A stretch of 64,000 nucleotides of DNA from NCBI GenBank assembly GCA_033977065.1, contig JAXCHI010000003.1:96001-160000 (forward strand), read 5' to 3'. The position numbers and the translations under genes are program-made. The notes below the pieces were generated by a model, which saw only the letters and a program-made list of their open reading frames with translations, was not told the origin of the DNA and did no database searches. The DNA comes from Candidatus Algichlamydia australiensis (GTDB lineage: Bacteria > Chlamydiota > Chlamydiia > Chlamydiales > JAJFMI01). Shown here in pieces: positions 38,816 through 49,004 of the stretch. Each line of letters begins with the position of its first letter. Within the stretch, counting starts at the first letter, position 1.

Positions 38816-39898
38816 TTAAAAGTCTATACGAATTTTTGCTGTGAGACCATTCAGAGATAGATTTCCATGAGATGTTGGTTCATAAACGCGATAGAATTCG
38901 TTCATGTCCCACCAGTATTGCAGCTCCCATCCTAACTGAAATTGGTAGTGAAAGCGTTTTGTACATGAGAATCCTTGTGCACGAAGACCGAGCCCAATTT
39001 CTAATGCCGGAATCACAGTGTGAAACTCATTTTCCGTATAAAGTGACGTAGTTTCAGGCAGCGAGGGTACTGCAATATTTGCAAAGCGATCTCTTCGCAC
39101 TACCTCAAATTGTCCCCAAAGTGCTGAGAGTGCAAAGTTCCCATATAGGCTGACTGGCTTTGAAAAAAACCAATTTGTATTCAACCCCGCTCGCGGACCA
39201 AATCCCCAAAACTCTAAATCTTGCGTTATGCGCCACTGCCTCTGATCAGCAACGCCAAGAAGGCGACGGTAGCGTATCGAAAGATCTTGATCTTGCCAGG
39301 TTCCCTTAAACCCAAAAAATGGCCTTGTTGTGAGCCAGCTGCTCACAAAAAAGTTGCGGCCTAACTCGAAGTCGAGTGTTTGGTAGTGCAGACACCATCT
39401 GCCCCGCGCTTCGTTAAGGAGAGGATCGTCAGGTGTGAGTGGAAAGAGTCCTTGAGGAAACCAAGTGGCAGCAATCGCTGCATCTTCAATGGAGTTTGCC
39501 GAGATAGAGTTTTTCTGATCTCCTGTATAAAACCATGTATATTGAAAGTAAACATCCCAAAAGTCGTGATCTAGGTTAACTCCGAAGCCTGCTTTGAACC
39601 CAGGATCAAAGTCAAAACCGGGATGCACAACTTTTCCCTTTTTAACAGACTGTGTGGGATTTGCTCTCCATCCACTCGCTGCAAAGCCTAATCCATCTTG
39701 ATCCGCACGCCAGTAGATGAAATCTCCTGTAAAATAGATGTCTACTGGACAGCGTACGCGGGGACCCGCAGGAGCTGTTGATCTCTCATAGCGATGCTCG
39801 TGATACTCATCAATTTTACCGGGTGCAGGCATAGGAGGATGATCTTGATAAGCCATCATAAGTATCGGAAAAAAAGTAATGAGGCGCGAAAGTTTCAT
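38816..39898 (-). CDS. MOMP-like beta-barrel
   Basis: GDFIYWRADQDGL; PGFKAG; ELGRNFF; ends IRIDF. Confidence 0.88.
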   Translation of the reverse strand: MKLSRLITFFPILMMAYQDHPPMPAPGKIDEYHEHRYERSTAPAGPRVRCPVDIYFTGDFIYWRADQDGLGFAASGWRANPTQSVKKGKVVHPGFDFDPGFKAGFGVNLDHDFWDVYFQYTWFYTGDQKNSISANSIEDAAIAATWFPQGLFPLTPDDPLLNEARGRWCLHYQTLDFELGRNFFVSSWLTTRPFFGFKGTWQDQDLSIRYRRLLGVADQRQWRITQDLEFWGFGPRAGLNTNWFFSKPVSLYGNFALSALWGQFEVVRRDRFANIAVPSLPETTSLYTENEFHTVIPALEIGLGLRAQGFSCTKRFHYQFQLGWELQYWWDMNEFYRVYEPTSHGNLSLNGLTAKIRIDF

Positions 39899-39901
39899 CT
39901 A

Positions 39902-40990
39902 TTAAAAGTCTAACCTCAGCTGAAAAGTCAACCCCTGCATGGTAAGGTCTCCCTGGTTTCCCTGTTCATAAACACGATAAAATTGGTTCATCTCCCACCA
40001 TACTTGGTGTTCCCATCCTAATTGCATCATGTAGTTATAGAGATTTTCATTAAAGCGTTTCTCCCAGCGTAGCCCTAAAAAGAGCTCAAGCACTGGGACG
40101 AGAGTGTGGAATGAGTTGCATGTGCGAAATGAAGAGAGCTCAGGTGCACTCCCATCTGTAGGAGCAAATCGATCGTTACGCTCTACATCAAATTCACTCC
40201 ATAATCCTGAAACAGCTGCTTTTCCAAGCAATCTAAACCAGCGATTGAGATGAAACGCTGCATCAAAACCCGTGCGTATTCCAAATCCCCAGTAGTCTAG
40301 TTGCTGTGTCATTCTGCGGAAAGTATTGTTTGCAACGTTTGGCAAGGCTTCATATGCCACTAAAAGGTGTTGCTTTTGCCAACTCCCTTTAAATCCGAAA
40401 TGGGGCCGTAGATCAAGTTTTCTACTTGCTCTTGATGTACGGGCAAACTCTAAGTCTATGGCGTTAAAATGTAAATCCCAACGGCTACGTGCTGATAAAA
40501 GGAGGGGGAAATCGGGCTCTAAAAGAGATCCTGGTGCTCCTTCTCTCATAAACCAGGTAGCTCCATCGCTTGTTGTCAAAGAGTTTGGGCTCTCCGTACT
40601 CGATCTCTTATCACCTGTATGTAGCCACGTATATTTCGACTCAATTTCCCAAGCATCATGTGGAATGCGTATTCCAAGCCCGACTTTAAAACCGGGTTCA
40701 AATGCAAAATCAGGGTGCTTAACACTGCCTCTGTTTGGGTCTTCTCCCAAAGCGTTACGCCACTTAGAAGCTGTATACCCCAAGCCATCAACGCGTGCTG
40801 TCCAATAAATGAAATCACCTGAAAGGTTGAAGGTCCAGCACTCCTCCTTCAAAGGGCTTCCACAAAAAAGAAGTGAAGGTCCTCCTGTTTCACAGATAGG
40901 ATCGGGAGGTGAAGGAGGTTCACAATGGTTGTATGCATTTTCTGCATGCAAAAAAGCAGAAAAGAGTAAAAACAGTAAACCTTTTTTCAT
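39902..40990 (-). CDS. MOMP-like beta-barrel
   Basis: Signal peptide; GDFIYWTARVDGL; PHFGFKG; ends LRLDF. Confidence 0.88.
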   Translation of the reverse strand: MKKGLLFLLFSAFLHAENAYNHCEPPSPPDPICETGGPSLLFCGSPLKEECWTFNLSGDFIYWTARVDGLGYTASKWRNALGEDPNRGSVKHPDFAFEPGFKVGLGIRIPHDAWEIESKYTWLHTGDKRSSTESPNSLTTSDGATWFMREGAPGSLLEPDFPLLLSARSRWDLHFNAIDLEFARTSRASRKLDLRPHFGFKGSWQKQHLLVAYEALPNVANNTFRRMTQQLDYWGFGIRTGFDAAFHLNRWFRLLGKAAVSGLWSEFDVERNDRFAPTDGSAPELSSFRTCNSFHTLVPVLELFLGLRWEKRFNENLYNYMMQLGWEHQVWWEMNQFYRVYEQGNQGDLTMQGLTFQLRLDF

Positions 40991-40998
40991 ATTATCCC

Positions 40999-42093
40999 TC
41001 AAAAGTCAAACCTCAGCCGCAATGTAAATCCCTGCATTACAAGTGATCCATGATCTGTCTCCTCTAACACGCGATAAAGTTTGTTCATCTGGAACCAGCG
41101 CTGCTCTTCCCAAAGCATATCTATGGAGAGATGGTACAGACTGTTAAAAAACCAGACCTCACCACGTAATCCTGTTGCAAACTCCAAAACAGGTTGGATC
41201 GTATGAGTGCCGTTTTCCGTTCTAAAACGTACAAAATCGACTCCATTTGTTCCAATTCTGTCAGACCTTTGGACATCAAAGTAGCTCCATAAGCCTGAAA
41301 AGGCAACGTCTCCAATAAATGACCAATACTTATTAAAATGCCACGCACCATCAAACCCTGTACGCATTCCCAATCCGTAAGAGTCCTGTGTAATATGCAT
41401 GCGCTCTTCTTGCATCACTCCCAAATTTGTAACAGAGTCGTAATGGACAACATAATCTTGCTGCTGCCAAGTACCTTTCAATCCAAAATGGGGACGAAAA
41501 GAGAGATACTTACTAAAAAAAGAGTTACGTCCCAGTTCCAACTCAACTACTTGAAACTGCAACTTCCATTCAGCATTTGCTTTATAGGGAATAAAGTCCG
41601 AGTTGATACTCCCACCAATGTACCACGTGCGCTGCAGGTCAGTAGTCGCGCTATCGCGTGTGACAAATCTCTTTGTTCCTTTCGGTTGAATCCATGTGAC
41701 TTGTCCAAAAAGGTCCCAATCATCATGCTCAAGTGAAACTCCTAACCCAAACTTAAAGCCCGAATAGTATCGAAAATCAGGTTCGAAAACCTCTCCACGT
41801 TTTTCTGGTTCTATCCCGAAGTTTTGCACACCGCTTGTTACAAACTCAAGACCTGATTCACGCCCTGTCCAATAGAGGTAGGAGCCGGTCATAAAATACC
41901 CAGCTCCGCCTTTTACGCGTGGACCTGCGGAGGGAGTTGCGTAATATTCTAGCATTGCATCGCACGGTCTATGTAAAGCGACAGAACTTTCCCATGGGCA
42001 GCCACAAGCTGAGCCCGTTTGGCTCAAGCTTTGTTCGGAGTCTTTTTGTGCAAAAAGACAGACAGGAATTAGCAGAAAAAGTTTTCGAAACAT
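40999..42093 (-). CDS. MOMP-like beta-barrel
   Basis: Signal peptide MFRKLFLLIPVCLFA; YLYWTGRESGL; ends LRFDF. Confidence 0.88.
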   Translation of the reverse strand: MFRKLFLLIPVCLFAQKDSEQSLSQTGSACGCPWESSVALHRPCDAMLEYYATPSAGPRVKGGAGYFMTGSYLYWTGRESGLEFVTSGVQNFGIEPEKRGEVFEPDFRYYSGFKFGLGVSLEHDDWDLFGQVTWIQPKGTKRFVTRDSATTDLQRTWYIGGSINSDFIPYKANAEWKLQFQVVELELGRNSFFSKYLSFRPHFGLKGTWQQQDYVVHYDSVTNLGVMQEERMHITQDSYGLGMRTGFDGAWHFNKYWSFIGDVAFSGLWSYFDVQRSDRIGTNGVDFVRFRTENGTHTIQPVLEFATGLRGEVWFFNSLYHLSIDMLWEEQRWFQMNKLYRVLEETDHGSLVMQGFTLRLRFDF

Positions 42094-42168
42094 ACGGCAG
42101 TAGACCTTACTGTAGATGAGCAAAAACAATTTTTGCAAGACCAACATTTAATATAGGGAAAGAGAAAT

Positions 42169-42382
42169 AAAAAAAATGGCCACCATACCGAGTCGGGGTG
42201 CGCGTACCGACGCACCCCCGCTCCCCCTTGAGTTTCACCTCGCCATGCCAAATCGCGTGCTCGTCGGAGGGGCGTGCACAGCACTACCCCGTCCTCCTGC
42301 GCTGCAATTTTTCAGTGCCGATCTGAAACCGCGGAGCGTTCGGTCGCGCTTCGCGTCATCCCTCACGCGGCTAATTTTTTTT
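42169..42382. repeat. Diverged GC-rich copy of the element-B core
   Basis: Collinear similarity to 1-160 and to the reverse complement of ~53780-54016 (CATGCCAAAT, GTGCA.AGCACTAC, CAATTTTTCA, ATCTGAA). Confidence 0.75.
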
Positions 42383-42517
42383 ATTGAAGCGCGAAGCGAT
42401 TAACTGTTTTCAAAAAGTGTGGTATATGCGCGAAGCGGCGTGACGGCTTCATATCGCAAAGCAAAATCGGATTTTAGACGTCGTGGCAGTACTGCGTACG
42501 GCGTGGTGGCTGAGAGG

Positions 42518-42674
42518 GAGGCTTCGAATTGCTTTCATTCACAAAAAGAAAGATTTTTTTACAGAAAAAGTTTCTGCAGAGCGGAGCAAACTTTTTAAAG
42601 TTTGTATAGCTCGAAGAGCTTTTACTGGGGAAAAAGATGATTTTTGTGAGTGGAATGAATTTGAAGGCAGCCTC
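42518..42674. repeat. ~157-bp imperfect palindromic element
   Basis: GAGGCT/AGCCTC; TCACAAAAA/TTTTTGTGA; centre CAAACTTT-tt-AAAGTTTG. Confidence 0.7.
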
Positions 42675-42713
42675 GTAAATTTGATTTGGCGCAGCGAGAT
42701 GGAGACGAATATT

Positions 42714-43961
42714 TTAAAAAGATAATTCAGGCTGAAGTAAGAGCATTGTTTCTTTTAGCACTTCGGCAAACGTATCTACCTCTTCAGGCGTAGAATAAAT
42801 ACCAAATGATATGCGAGCAAGTGAAGTAATACCAAAACGTTTGAGAGTAGGCTGCGCACAAAGATGTCCCGTCCGTAGCGCAACTCCTTTAAGGCCCATA
42901 AGCGTTCCAATATCAAGGGCATGAAGACCCTCAACGGTAAAAGAGATGATCCCCCCTTTTTCTGGTGCTGCCCCCCAAATCTTCACCTCATCAATAGCCT
43001 GAAGCGCTTTTGTCGCTTTGAGGAGGAGTCTCTGCTCCCAATCGCGAATCTCTTCAAGCCCCCAGCGTGTGAGAAAATCGATTGCTTCACCGAGACCAAT
43101 TACCTGAGCAATAAGAGGTGTTCCTGCTTCAAACTTAAGTGGTGCACCTTGAAAAGTAGTCCCCTCAATGGAGACACGCTCAATCATATCTCCGCCACCT
43201 TGATAAGGAGGAAGCTCTTCTAAAAGTTCGCGTTTACCATAGAGAATTCCTACTCCTGTTGGCCCATACATTTTATGGCCTGAAAAGGCGTAGAAATCAC
43301 AATTGATTTTTTGCATGTCCAGCGGAATATGGCCTGCTGCCTGCGCCCCATCAATCATTACTTTTGCACCTACCGCATGCGCTGCACGGACAATCTCCTC
43401 GATAGGATTGCAAGTACCGGTGGTATTGGCAATGTGTGCAAGACTTACAATTTTGGTTTTAGGTGTCAGAAGTTTTTGAAATTTTCCCCAATCTAATTCG
43501 CCAGACTCTGTCATGGGAACCCACTTTAAAGTCGCACCGCGCTCTTTTGCCATAAGCTGCCACGGCACAATATTGGAGTGATGTTCCATCTCCGAGATCA
43601 GAATCTCATCGCCCTCTCTAATAAATTTTTTGCCAAATGAAGAGGCAACAAGATTAATTGAATCTGTTGTTCCACTGGTAAAAATAATCTCCTCTTCTTC
43701 TTTCGCATGAATCAGCTTCTGCACTTTGCGCCGCACTACAGAGTAGGTCTCTGTTGCTTTTGCAGCAATTTCATAAATAGCGCGGTGGACTGTTGCATAC
43801 TCTTCTGCGTAGAAATGACTCATAGCATCAATTACGCATGTAGGCTTGTGGCTTGTGGCAGCCGTATCGAAATAGATGAGAGGCCTGCCACTCATCTGCT
43901 TTTTTAAAATAGGGAATTCACGGCGCACCTCAGAGATGTCAAAATCATGTCTTGCATTCAT
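42714..43961 (-). CDS. sufS: Cysteine desulfurase, SufS
   Basis: YFDTAATS; EHHSNIVPW; FSGHKMYGPTG; RTGHLCAQP. Confidence 0.96.
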   Translation of the reverse strand: MNARHDFDISEVRREFPILKKQMSGRPLIYFDTAATSHKPTCVIDAMSHFYAEEYATVHRAIYEIAAKATETYSVVRRKVQKLIHAKEEEEIIFTSGTTDSINLVASSFGKKFIREGDEILISEMEHHSNIVPWQLMAKERGATLKWVPMTESGELDWGKFQKLLTPKTKIVSLAHIANTTGTCNPIEEIVRAAHAVGAKVMIDGAQAAGHIPLDMQKINCDFYAFSGHKMYGPTGVGILYGKRELLEELPPYQGGGDMIERVSIEGTTFQGAPLKFEAGTPLIAQVIGLGEAIDFLTRWGLEEIRDWEQRLLLKATKALQAIDEVKIWGAAPEKGGIISFTVEGLHALDIGTLMGLKGVALRTGHLCAQPTLKRFGITSLARISFGIYSTPEEVDTFAEVLKETMLLLQPELSF

Positions 43962-45067
43962 AAAGACTCCGCTACAACTTTTTGCAGTGCCGTATCTTCA
44001 AAGAGTGTAAGAAGAAATCCTTTGAGGAGCATCTGCTTGCCTAATTTTTTTTCGATTCCACGTGTTTGTAAGTAGTGTAGGTAGCGCTTATCCACTTCGC
44101 TGACTGTTGCTCCGTGGGAAGCTTTAACATCATCCGCAAAAATCTCAAGATTAGGCTTGCTAAAAGCGCTTGCCTTAGGGTCTAAGAGAAGGTGGTTAGT
44201 GAGCTGGTAGGCGTCGGTAAGCAGAGCCTCTTTTTCAACATAAATTTTCCCTTCAAAGCTTGCTCGCGATCTGCCAGATAAAATATTTTTAAAGTGCTGG
44301 TGAGAAGTTGTTTTAGGAGCGATATGGTGAGCCAAAACGTTCACATGATGCTGCGCATCATCAGCTAATTGTGCAGCTCCTTTAAGCATTGCATCTGCTC
44401 TTTCTCCACGCAACTCTACGTTCACCTCTTCGCGTGCAATCCCTTCACCTGTTCTGAAGGAGTGGTTTTGTAGCCGCGCATTTTCATGGATACGCGCTTG
44501 CATTGTACCAAAAAAACGAGCTTGTTTCTCTAGGTGCAGGTGCTCCTCGATTAAAAGCTCCGCTCCCTTCTCAAGGGCGATCTCTGTTGACGAGAAGGTC
44601 CAACCACTCACTATTGTATTGCGATGCAGTTTTACTCTAGCTCCCTCTCCTAAAAAAATTGTGAGATGAGGAAACGCATTTTTGAGAAATGTTTTTGATA
44701 AATCCAGAGGCGCGTCCAGCTCCACTCGGGGAGGAATATAGAGGAAGAGCCCCTCTCCTGAAAGAGCCTTTGAAAGTTTTAGGAAGGAGCTCTCCCTTCT
44801 TTGGGAAAAGAAGAGCGAACCATACTGTTTTTTAGCTTGGGAGAGTGGAAGAGCAACTACAGGTTTTGGAAAAGAGAAATCGTAGTTAAGAGTCTCAAAA
44901 TCAGAAAGAGTCTCTTCATAGAGACTCTCAAGCGGAAAGTAGCGAAATGCATCCTCTTTTGGGTTGGGCAAACCTTGCTCTATAAAAGCCTCCCAACTAC
45001 GCCTCTGTTCGCTATCACGCTCCTCTTTTTCAAAAAGAGAGAACAAACTTTTCTCAAGAGCTGACAT
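43958..45067 (-). CDS. sufD: Fe-S assembly protein SufD
   Basis: KPNLEIFADDVKASHGAT; YLQTRGI. Confidence 0.9.
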   Translation of the reverse strand: MSALEKSLFSLFEKEERDSEQRRSWEAFIEQGLPNPKEDAFRYFPLESLYEETLSDFETLNYDFSFPKPVVALPLSQAKKQYGSLFFSQRRESSFLKLSKALSGEGLFLYIPPRVELDAPLDLSKTFLKNAFPHLTIFLGEGARVKLHRNTIVSGWTFSSTEIALEKGAELLIEEHLHLEKQARFFGTMQARIHENARLQNHSFRTGEGIAREEVNVELRGERADAMLKGAAQLADDAQHHVNVLAHHIAPKTTSHQHFKNILSGRSRASFEGKIYVEKEALLTDAYQLTNHLLLDPKASAFSKPNLEIFADDVKASHGATVSEVDKRYLHYLQTRGIEKKLGKQMLLKGFLLTLFEDTALQKVVAESL

Positions 45068-45794
45068 GCACATACCCCTCTCTTTCAAGCTCTAATGCGA
45101 GGCTAGCATCACCACTTTTTACAATTTTTCCATCAGCTAAGACGTGTACAAAATCGGGCTTGATGTAGTTAAGCAGACGCTGGTAGTGGGTAATCAAAAT
45201 GAGCCCTTTTTCCGGCTTCATTAGCTTATTAACCCCCTCTGATACAACTTTTAACGCATCGATATCAAGTCCTGAGTCTGTCTCATCTAAAATAGAAAAT
45301 TTGGGGTCTAAAATCGCCATTTGCAAGATCTCATTGCGCTTCTTCTCTCCTCCAGAAAAGCCTGTATTGAGGTCGCGCTCTAAAATGGTTGTGCGAAAAC
45401 CAAGATCCTTTGCCACATCCTCTGCTCTTTCTCGAAATTCTTCTGCTGAAAGAGGCTCTTCGCCCTTAGCTTTGCGATGCGCGTTGAAGGCTTGGTGTAA
45501 AAACTCAATATTTTGAATTCCTGGAATCTCGATTGGATATTGAAAACCCATAAAAAGTCCAAGGTGGGCGCGCTCGTCTGGTTCAAGCTCTAAAATATTC
45601 TGGCCCTCAAAAAGAATTTCTCCGCTTGTTACTTCATATTCAGGATCGCCTGAAATAATTTTAGCAAGCGTCGATTTGCCCGCTCCATTTGGACCCATAA
45701 TTGCGTGAATCTCACCAGGGTTAACACTTAGAGAGATCCCTTTCAAAATAGGTGTTTCTTCAATTTCTACGTGGAGATCTTTGATAATTAACAT
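45054..45794 (-). CDS. sufC: Fe-S assembly ATPase
   Basis: GPNGAGKST; FSGGEKKRNE; LDETDSGLD. Confidence 0.97.
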   Translation of the reverse strand: MLIIKDLHVEIEETPILKGISLSVNPGEIHAIMGPNGAGKSTLAKIISGDPEYEVTSGEILFEGQNILELEPDERAHLGLFMGFQYPIEIPGIQNIEFLHQAFNAHRKAKGEEPLSAEEFRERAEDVAKDLGFRTTILERDLNTGFSGGEKKRNEILQMAILDPKFSILDETDSGLDIDALKVVSEGVNKLMKPEKGLILITHYQRLLNYIKPDFVHVLADGKIVKSGDASLALELEREGYVHVSS

Positions 45795-45795
45795 A

Positions 45796-47235
45796 TTAGC
45801 CTACGGAGTTTTCCAGTTTTAAAGTTAAAAGTTTCTCAGCTTCAACGGCAAACTCCAGAGGGAGTTCTTTGTAAACCTGCTTGCAAAAGCCGCTTAAAAT
45901 CAGCTGAATCGCATCCTCGTGAGAAAAGCCTCTCGAGCGTAAATAAAAGATTTGTTCCTCATTCATCTTGGACGTCGACGCCTCATGCTCTACTTCAGCT
46001 TGATCTGTAAACGTTTCAATATAGGGAAAAGTATTAGCAGAACACTCACACCCAACTAGCATCGAATCACACTGCGTGTAGTTGCGCGCTCCCTCCGCCT
46101 TCGCCCCCATCTTTACAAGACCTCGATAGGTATTATGCGATTGATCTGCCGAGATCCCTTTCGAAATAATTGTCGACTTTGTCTTCTTCCCTACATGATA
46201 CATCTTAGTACCTGTGTCTGCCTGCATTTTGCCGCTAGTTAGGGCCACAGAGTAGAACTCTCCGACTGACTCATCCCCTTGCAGAATACAGCTTGGATAC
46301 TTCCACGTAATTGCCGCACCTGCTTCGACTTGTGTCCAAGAAATCTTGGAACGAAACCCTGCGCAGCGTCCCCTCTTTGTGACAAAATTATAAATGCCAC
46401 CCTTGCCTGTCTTTGGATCACCTGAGTACCAGTTCTGAACGGTTGAATATTTAATTTCGGCACTTTTTTTTGCTACAAGTTCTACAACAGCTGCGTGAAG
46501 CTGATTCTCATCATAAGCGGGTGCTGTGCACCCTTCCAAATAGCTGACATAGGAATCTTCTTCCGCCACAATTAGCGTACGCTCAAACTGTCCGGTCTCC
46601 CGCTCATTGATGCGGAAATAGGTGGAAAGCTCAATGGGAGAACGCACTCCTTTTGGAACGTAGACAAAAGAGCCGTCTGAAAAAACAGCAGAATTTAAAG
46701 CGGCAAAAAAGTTATCTCCAATTGGCACCACTGTACCAAGATGCTCCTCAATAAGTTCGGGGTATTTTTGTACCGCTTCACTCATAGAGCAGAGTACAAC
46801 TCCCGCCTCTTCTAATGTTTTTTTAAACGTTGTTCCAAGCGAAACGGAGTCAAAAACAACATCGACTGCAACATTGGCTAAACGCTTCTGCTCGTCAAGC
46901 GGAATTCCCAATTTTTCAAACGTACGCAAGAGCTCAGGATCGACCTCATCTAAACTGCTAAGTTGTGGCTTCCCTTTTGGCTCAGAGTAGTAACGAATAT
47001 TTTGGAAATCTATAGGATCAATTTTAAGATTGGCCCACGAAGGCTCCTTCATCTTTTGCCACTTTTGAAAAGCTTTCAAACGAAAATCCAAAAGAAATTT
47101 TGGCTCATTCTTTTTTTGAGAAATGGCGCGAATAATCTCCTCATTTAGCCCTTTTTCAAAGGTCTCAGACTCAATATCTGTCACAAAGCCATACTTATAA
47201 TCGGCTCTCTCATCAAGAAGTTCTTGTGTTGTCAT
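45796..47235 (-). CDS. sufB: Fe-S assembly protein SufB
   Basis: [29 protein letters not shown]. Confidence 0.97.
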   Translation of the reverse strand: MTTQELLDERADYKYGFVTDIESETFEKGLNEEIIRAISQKKNEPKFLLDFRLKAFQKWQKMKEPSWANLKIDPIDFQNIRYYSEPKGKPQLSSLDEVDPELLRTFEKLGIPLDEQKRLANVAVDVVFDSVSLGTTFKKTLEEAGVVLCSMSEAVQKYPELIEEHLGTVVPIGDNFFAALNSAVFSDGSFVYVPKGVRSPIELSTYFRINERETGQFERTLIVAEEDSYVSYLEGCTAPAYDENQLHAAVVELVAKKSAEIKYSTVQNWYSGDPKTGKGGIYNFVTKRGRCAGFRSKISWTQVEAGAAITWKYPSCILQGDESVGEFYSVALTSGKMQADTGTKMYHVGKKTKSTIISKGISADQSHNTYRGLVKMGAKAEGARNYTQCDSMLVGCECSANTFPYIETFTDQAEVEHEASTSKMNEEQIFYLRSRGFSHEDAIQLILSGFCKQVYKELPLEFAVEAEKLLTLKLENSVG

Positions 47236-47285
47236 AAAAAAATCCTATGTGTAAAGGATACGTGGATGGTGAATCGAAGTCAACT

Positions 47286-47996
47286 CTAACTACCCCAAAG
47301 AGTAGCATAGATTTTCTCTAATTTTATGAAATCATTTTTTGTATCGATTCCAAGAGCTTCCCCATCAGTCTTGTTAACACAAATTTTTAATCCATTCTCC
47401 AAAAATCGAAGCTGTTCAAGATGCTCAGCCTTTTCGAGAGAAGAAGGGGGGAAATGCGCAAGCTTTCGCAAGGTCTCTTCTGTGTAAGCATAGATTCCAA
47501 GATGCTGAAAAAAAGTACTTCCATTATGAGGAATGGGGCAGCGCGAGAAGTAGAGAGCATGTCCTTGTCGATCTGTCACAACTTTCACCTTGTTAGGATC
47601 TGTAATCTGCTCTTTTTTTCTAATTCTTTTTTTTAATGTCCAGACATCTCCTCTACCCTGAAGGAGATCCTCGATCATTTTGGGAGTAATTAAGGGCTCA
47701 TCCGCTTGCCAATTGATGATCACATCACCTGAAATTTTTCCCCTCTCTACAAGTTCGGCAATACGCATTGTTCCACTAGAGCAGTTTTTGCAGGTGAGAA
47801 TCGCCTTAGCACCAAAAGAGCGAACAAGATCAAGAGTCTCCTCCGCATCAACTGCTACTACAATCTCGTCAAACGGGCATTTTTTTGCTGCCTCGTACGT
47901 CCACTGCAATAAAGATTTTCCTTGTAGCTCGGCAAGAATTTTTTTGGGAAATCGTGTTGAGTTTAACCTCGCTGGAATCACACAAACTTTACGCAT
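47286..47996 (-). CDS. kdsB: CMP-Kdo synthetase
   Basis: IPARLNSTRFPKK; SGTMR; QADEP; LEQLRFLENG. Confidence 0.93.
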   Translation of the reverse strand: MRKVCVIPARLNSTRFPKKILAELQGKSLLQWTYEAAKKCPFDEIVVAVDAEETLDLVRSFGAKAILTCKNCSSGTMRIAELVERGKISGDVIINWQADEPLITPKMIEDLLQGRGDVWTLKKRIRKKEQITDPNKVKVVTDRQGHALYFSRCPIPHNGSTFFQHLGIYAYTEETLRKLAHFPPSSLEKAEHLEQLRFLENGLKICVNKTDGEALGIDTKNDFIKLEKIYATLWGS

Positions 47997-48005
47997 AAGC
48001 GCTCA

Positions 48006-49004
48006 TTATACCTCAACTGTTTCGCTTAGTCGAGCCTCCCACCAGCGAATTGTCTCCTTTAATCCTTCGCGAAAAGGTTTTTCAGGCCTCCAGTCTAAAG
48101 AAAATATTTTAGTCGGGTCGATTGCGTACCGAAAATCGTGTCCTGGGCGATCTTTTACATAGATAATACGCCCCTCTTTTTTACTACCTCGCACTTCACC
48201 AAAAAGCTCCACAAGTAGGTGGATCAGATCGCGGTTACTCCACTCATTTTCTCCTCCAATATTGTAAACTTCACCCGCACGCCCCTTCTCAAGAATCGCA
48301 TGCACAGCTTTTGCATGATCTTCGACAAAGATCCAATCCCGTACATTTTCTCCATTTCCATAAAGCGTTAATGGTTCATCGTTGATCAAGCGCTTGATCA
48401 TTTGAGGGATCAGCTTCTCTTCATGCTGTCCGGGGCCAAAATTGTTAGAGCTGTGCGAAACCGTTGCAGATATCCCGTAAGTTTTTATATAGCTGCGCAC
48501 AAGATGGTCTGAAGCTGCCTTCGATGCGCTATAGGGAGAGTTAGGACGATAGGGCGACTCTTCAGTAAAAACTCCTTCCGGGCCTAAAGCTCCGTAGACT
48601 TCATCGGTTGAGATGTGGTGAAAATGGATCTTTGGATGACGGCGCACAATTTCAAGAAGATTTGACGTTCCAATAACATTTGTCAGTAGAAAATCTTTCG
48701 GGCCCTCGATGCTGCGATCAACGTGACTCTCTGCTGCAAAATGCACAATAAAATCAAACTGCTCCTCGCGAAAAAGCGTAAAAAGTAAATATTCATCTTG
48801 AATATTCCCTTTTACGAAACGGTAGTGCTCCCCCTCTTCAATCCCATTTAAATTTTGCAAATCCGCAGCGTAGGTCATAGCATCAAGATTAATAATACGG
48901 CCAGAAAAATCTTTATCCTGCAACAAATGCTTTATGAAGGCAGAGCCCATAAAACCCGCACCGCCCGTTACTAAAATTTTAGCTTTTGATAAGTTCCTGC
49001 ACAT
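48006..49004 (-). CDS. rmlB: dTDP-glucose 4,6-dehydratase
   Basis: TGGAGF; HFAAESHVDRSI; STDEVYG; YSASK; DRPGHDFRY. Confidence 0.96.
   Translation of the reverse strand: MCRNLSKAKILVTGGAGFMGSAFIKHLLQDKDFSGRIINLDAMTYAADLQNLNGIEEGEHYRFVKGNIQDEYLLFTLFREEQFDFIVHFAAESHVDRSIEGPKDFLLTNVIGTSNLLEIVRRHPKIHFHHISTDEVYGALGPEGVFTEESPYRPNSPYSASKAASDHLVRSYIKTYGISATVSHSSNNFGPGQHEEKLIPQMIKRLINDEPLTLYGNGENVRDWIFVEDHAKAVHAILEKGRAGEVYNIGGENEWSNRDLIHLLVELFGEVRGSKKEGRIIYVKDRPGHDFRYAIDPTKIFSLDWRPEKPFREGLKETIRWWEARLSETVEV

Noticed and set aside
40326..40808. Long antisense ORFs (also 10224-10628, 47680-48162, 63264-63644)
   Set aside because: They are shadows of well-supported genes on the opposite strand.
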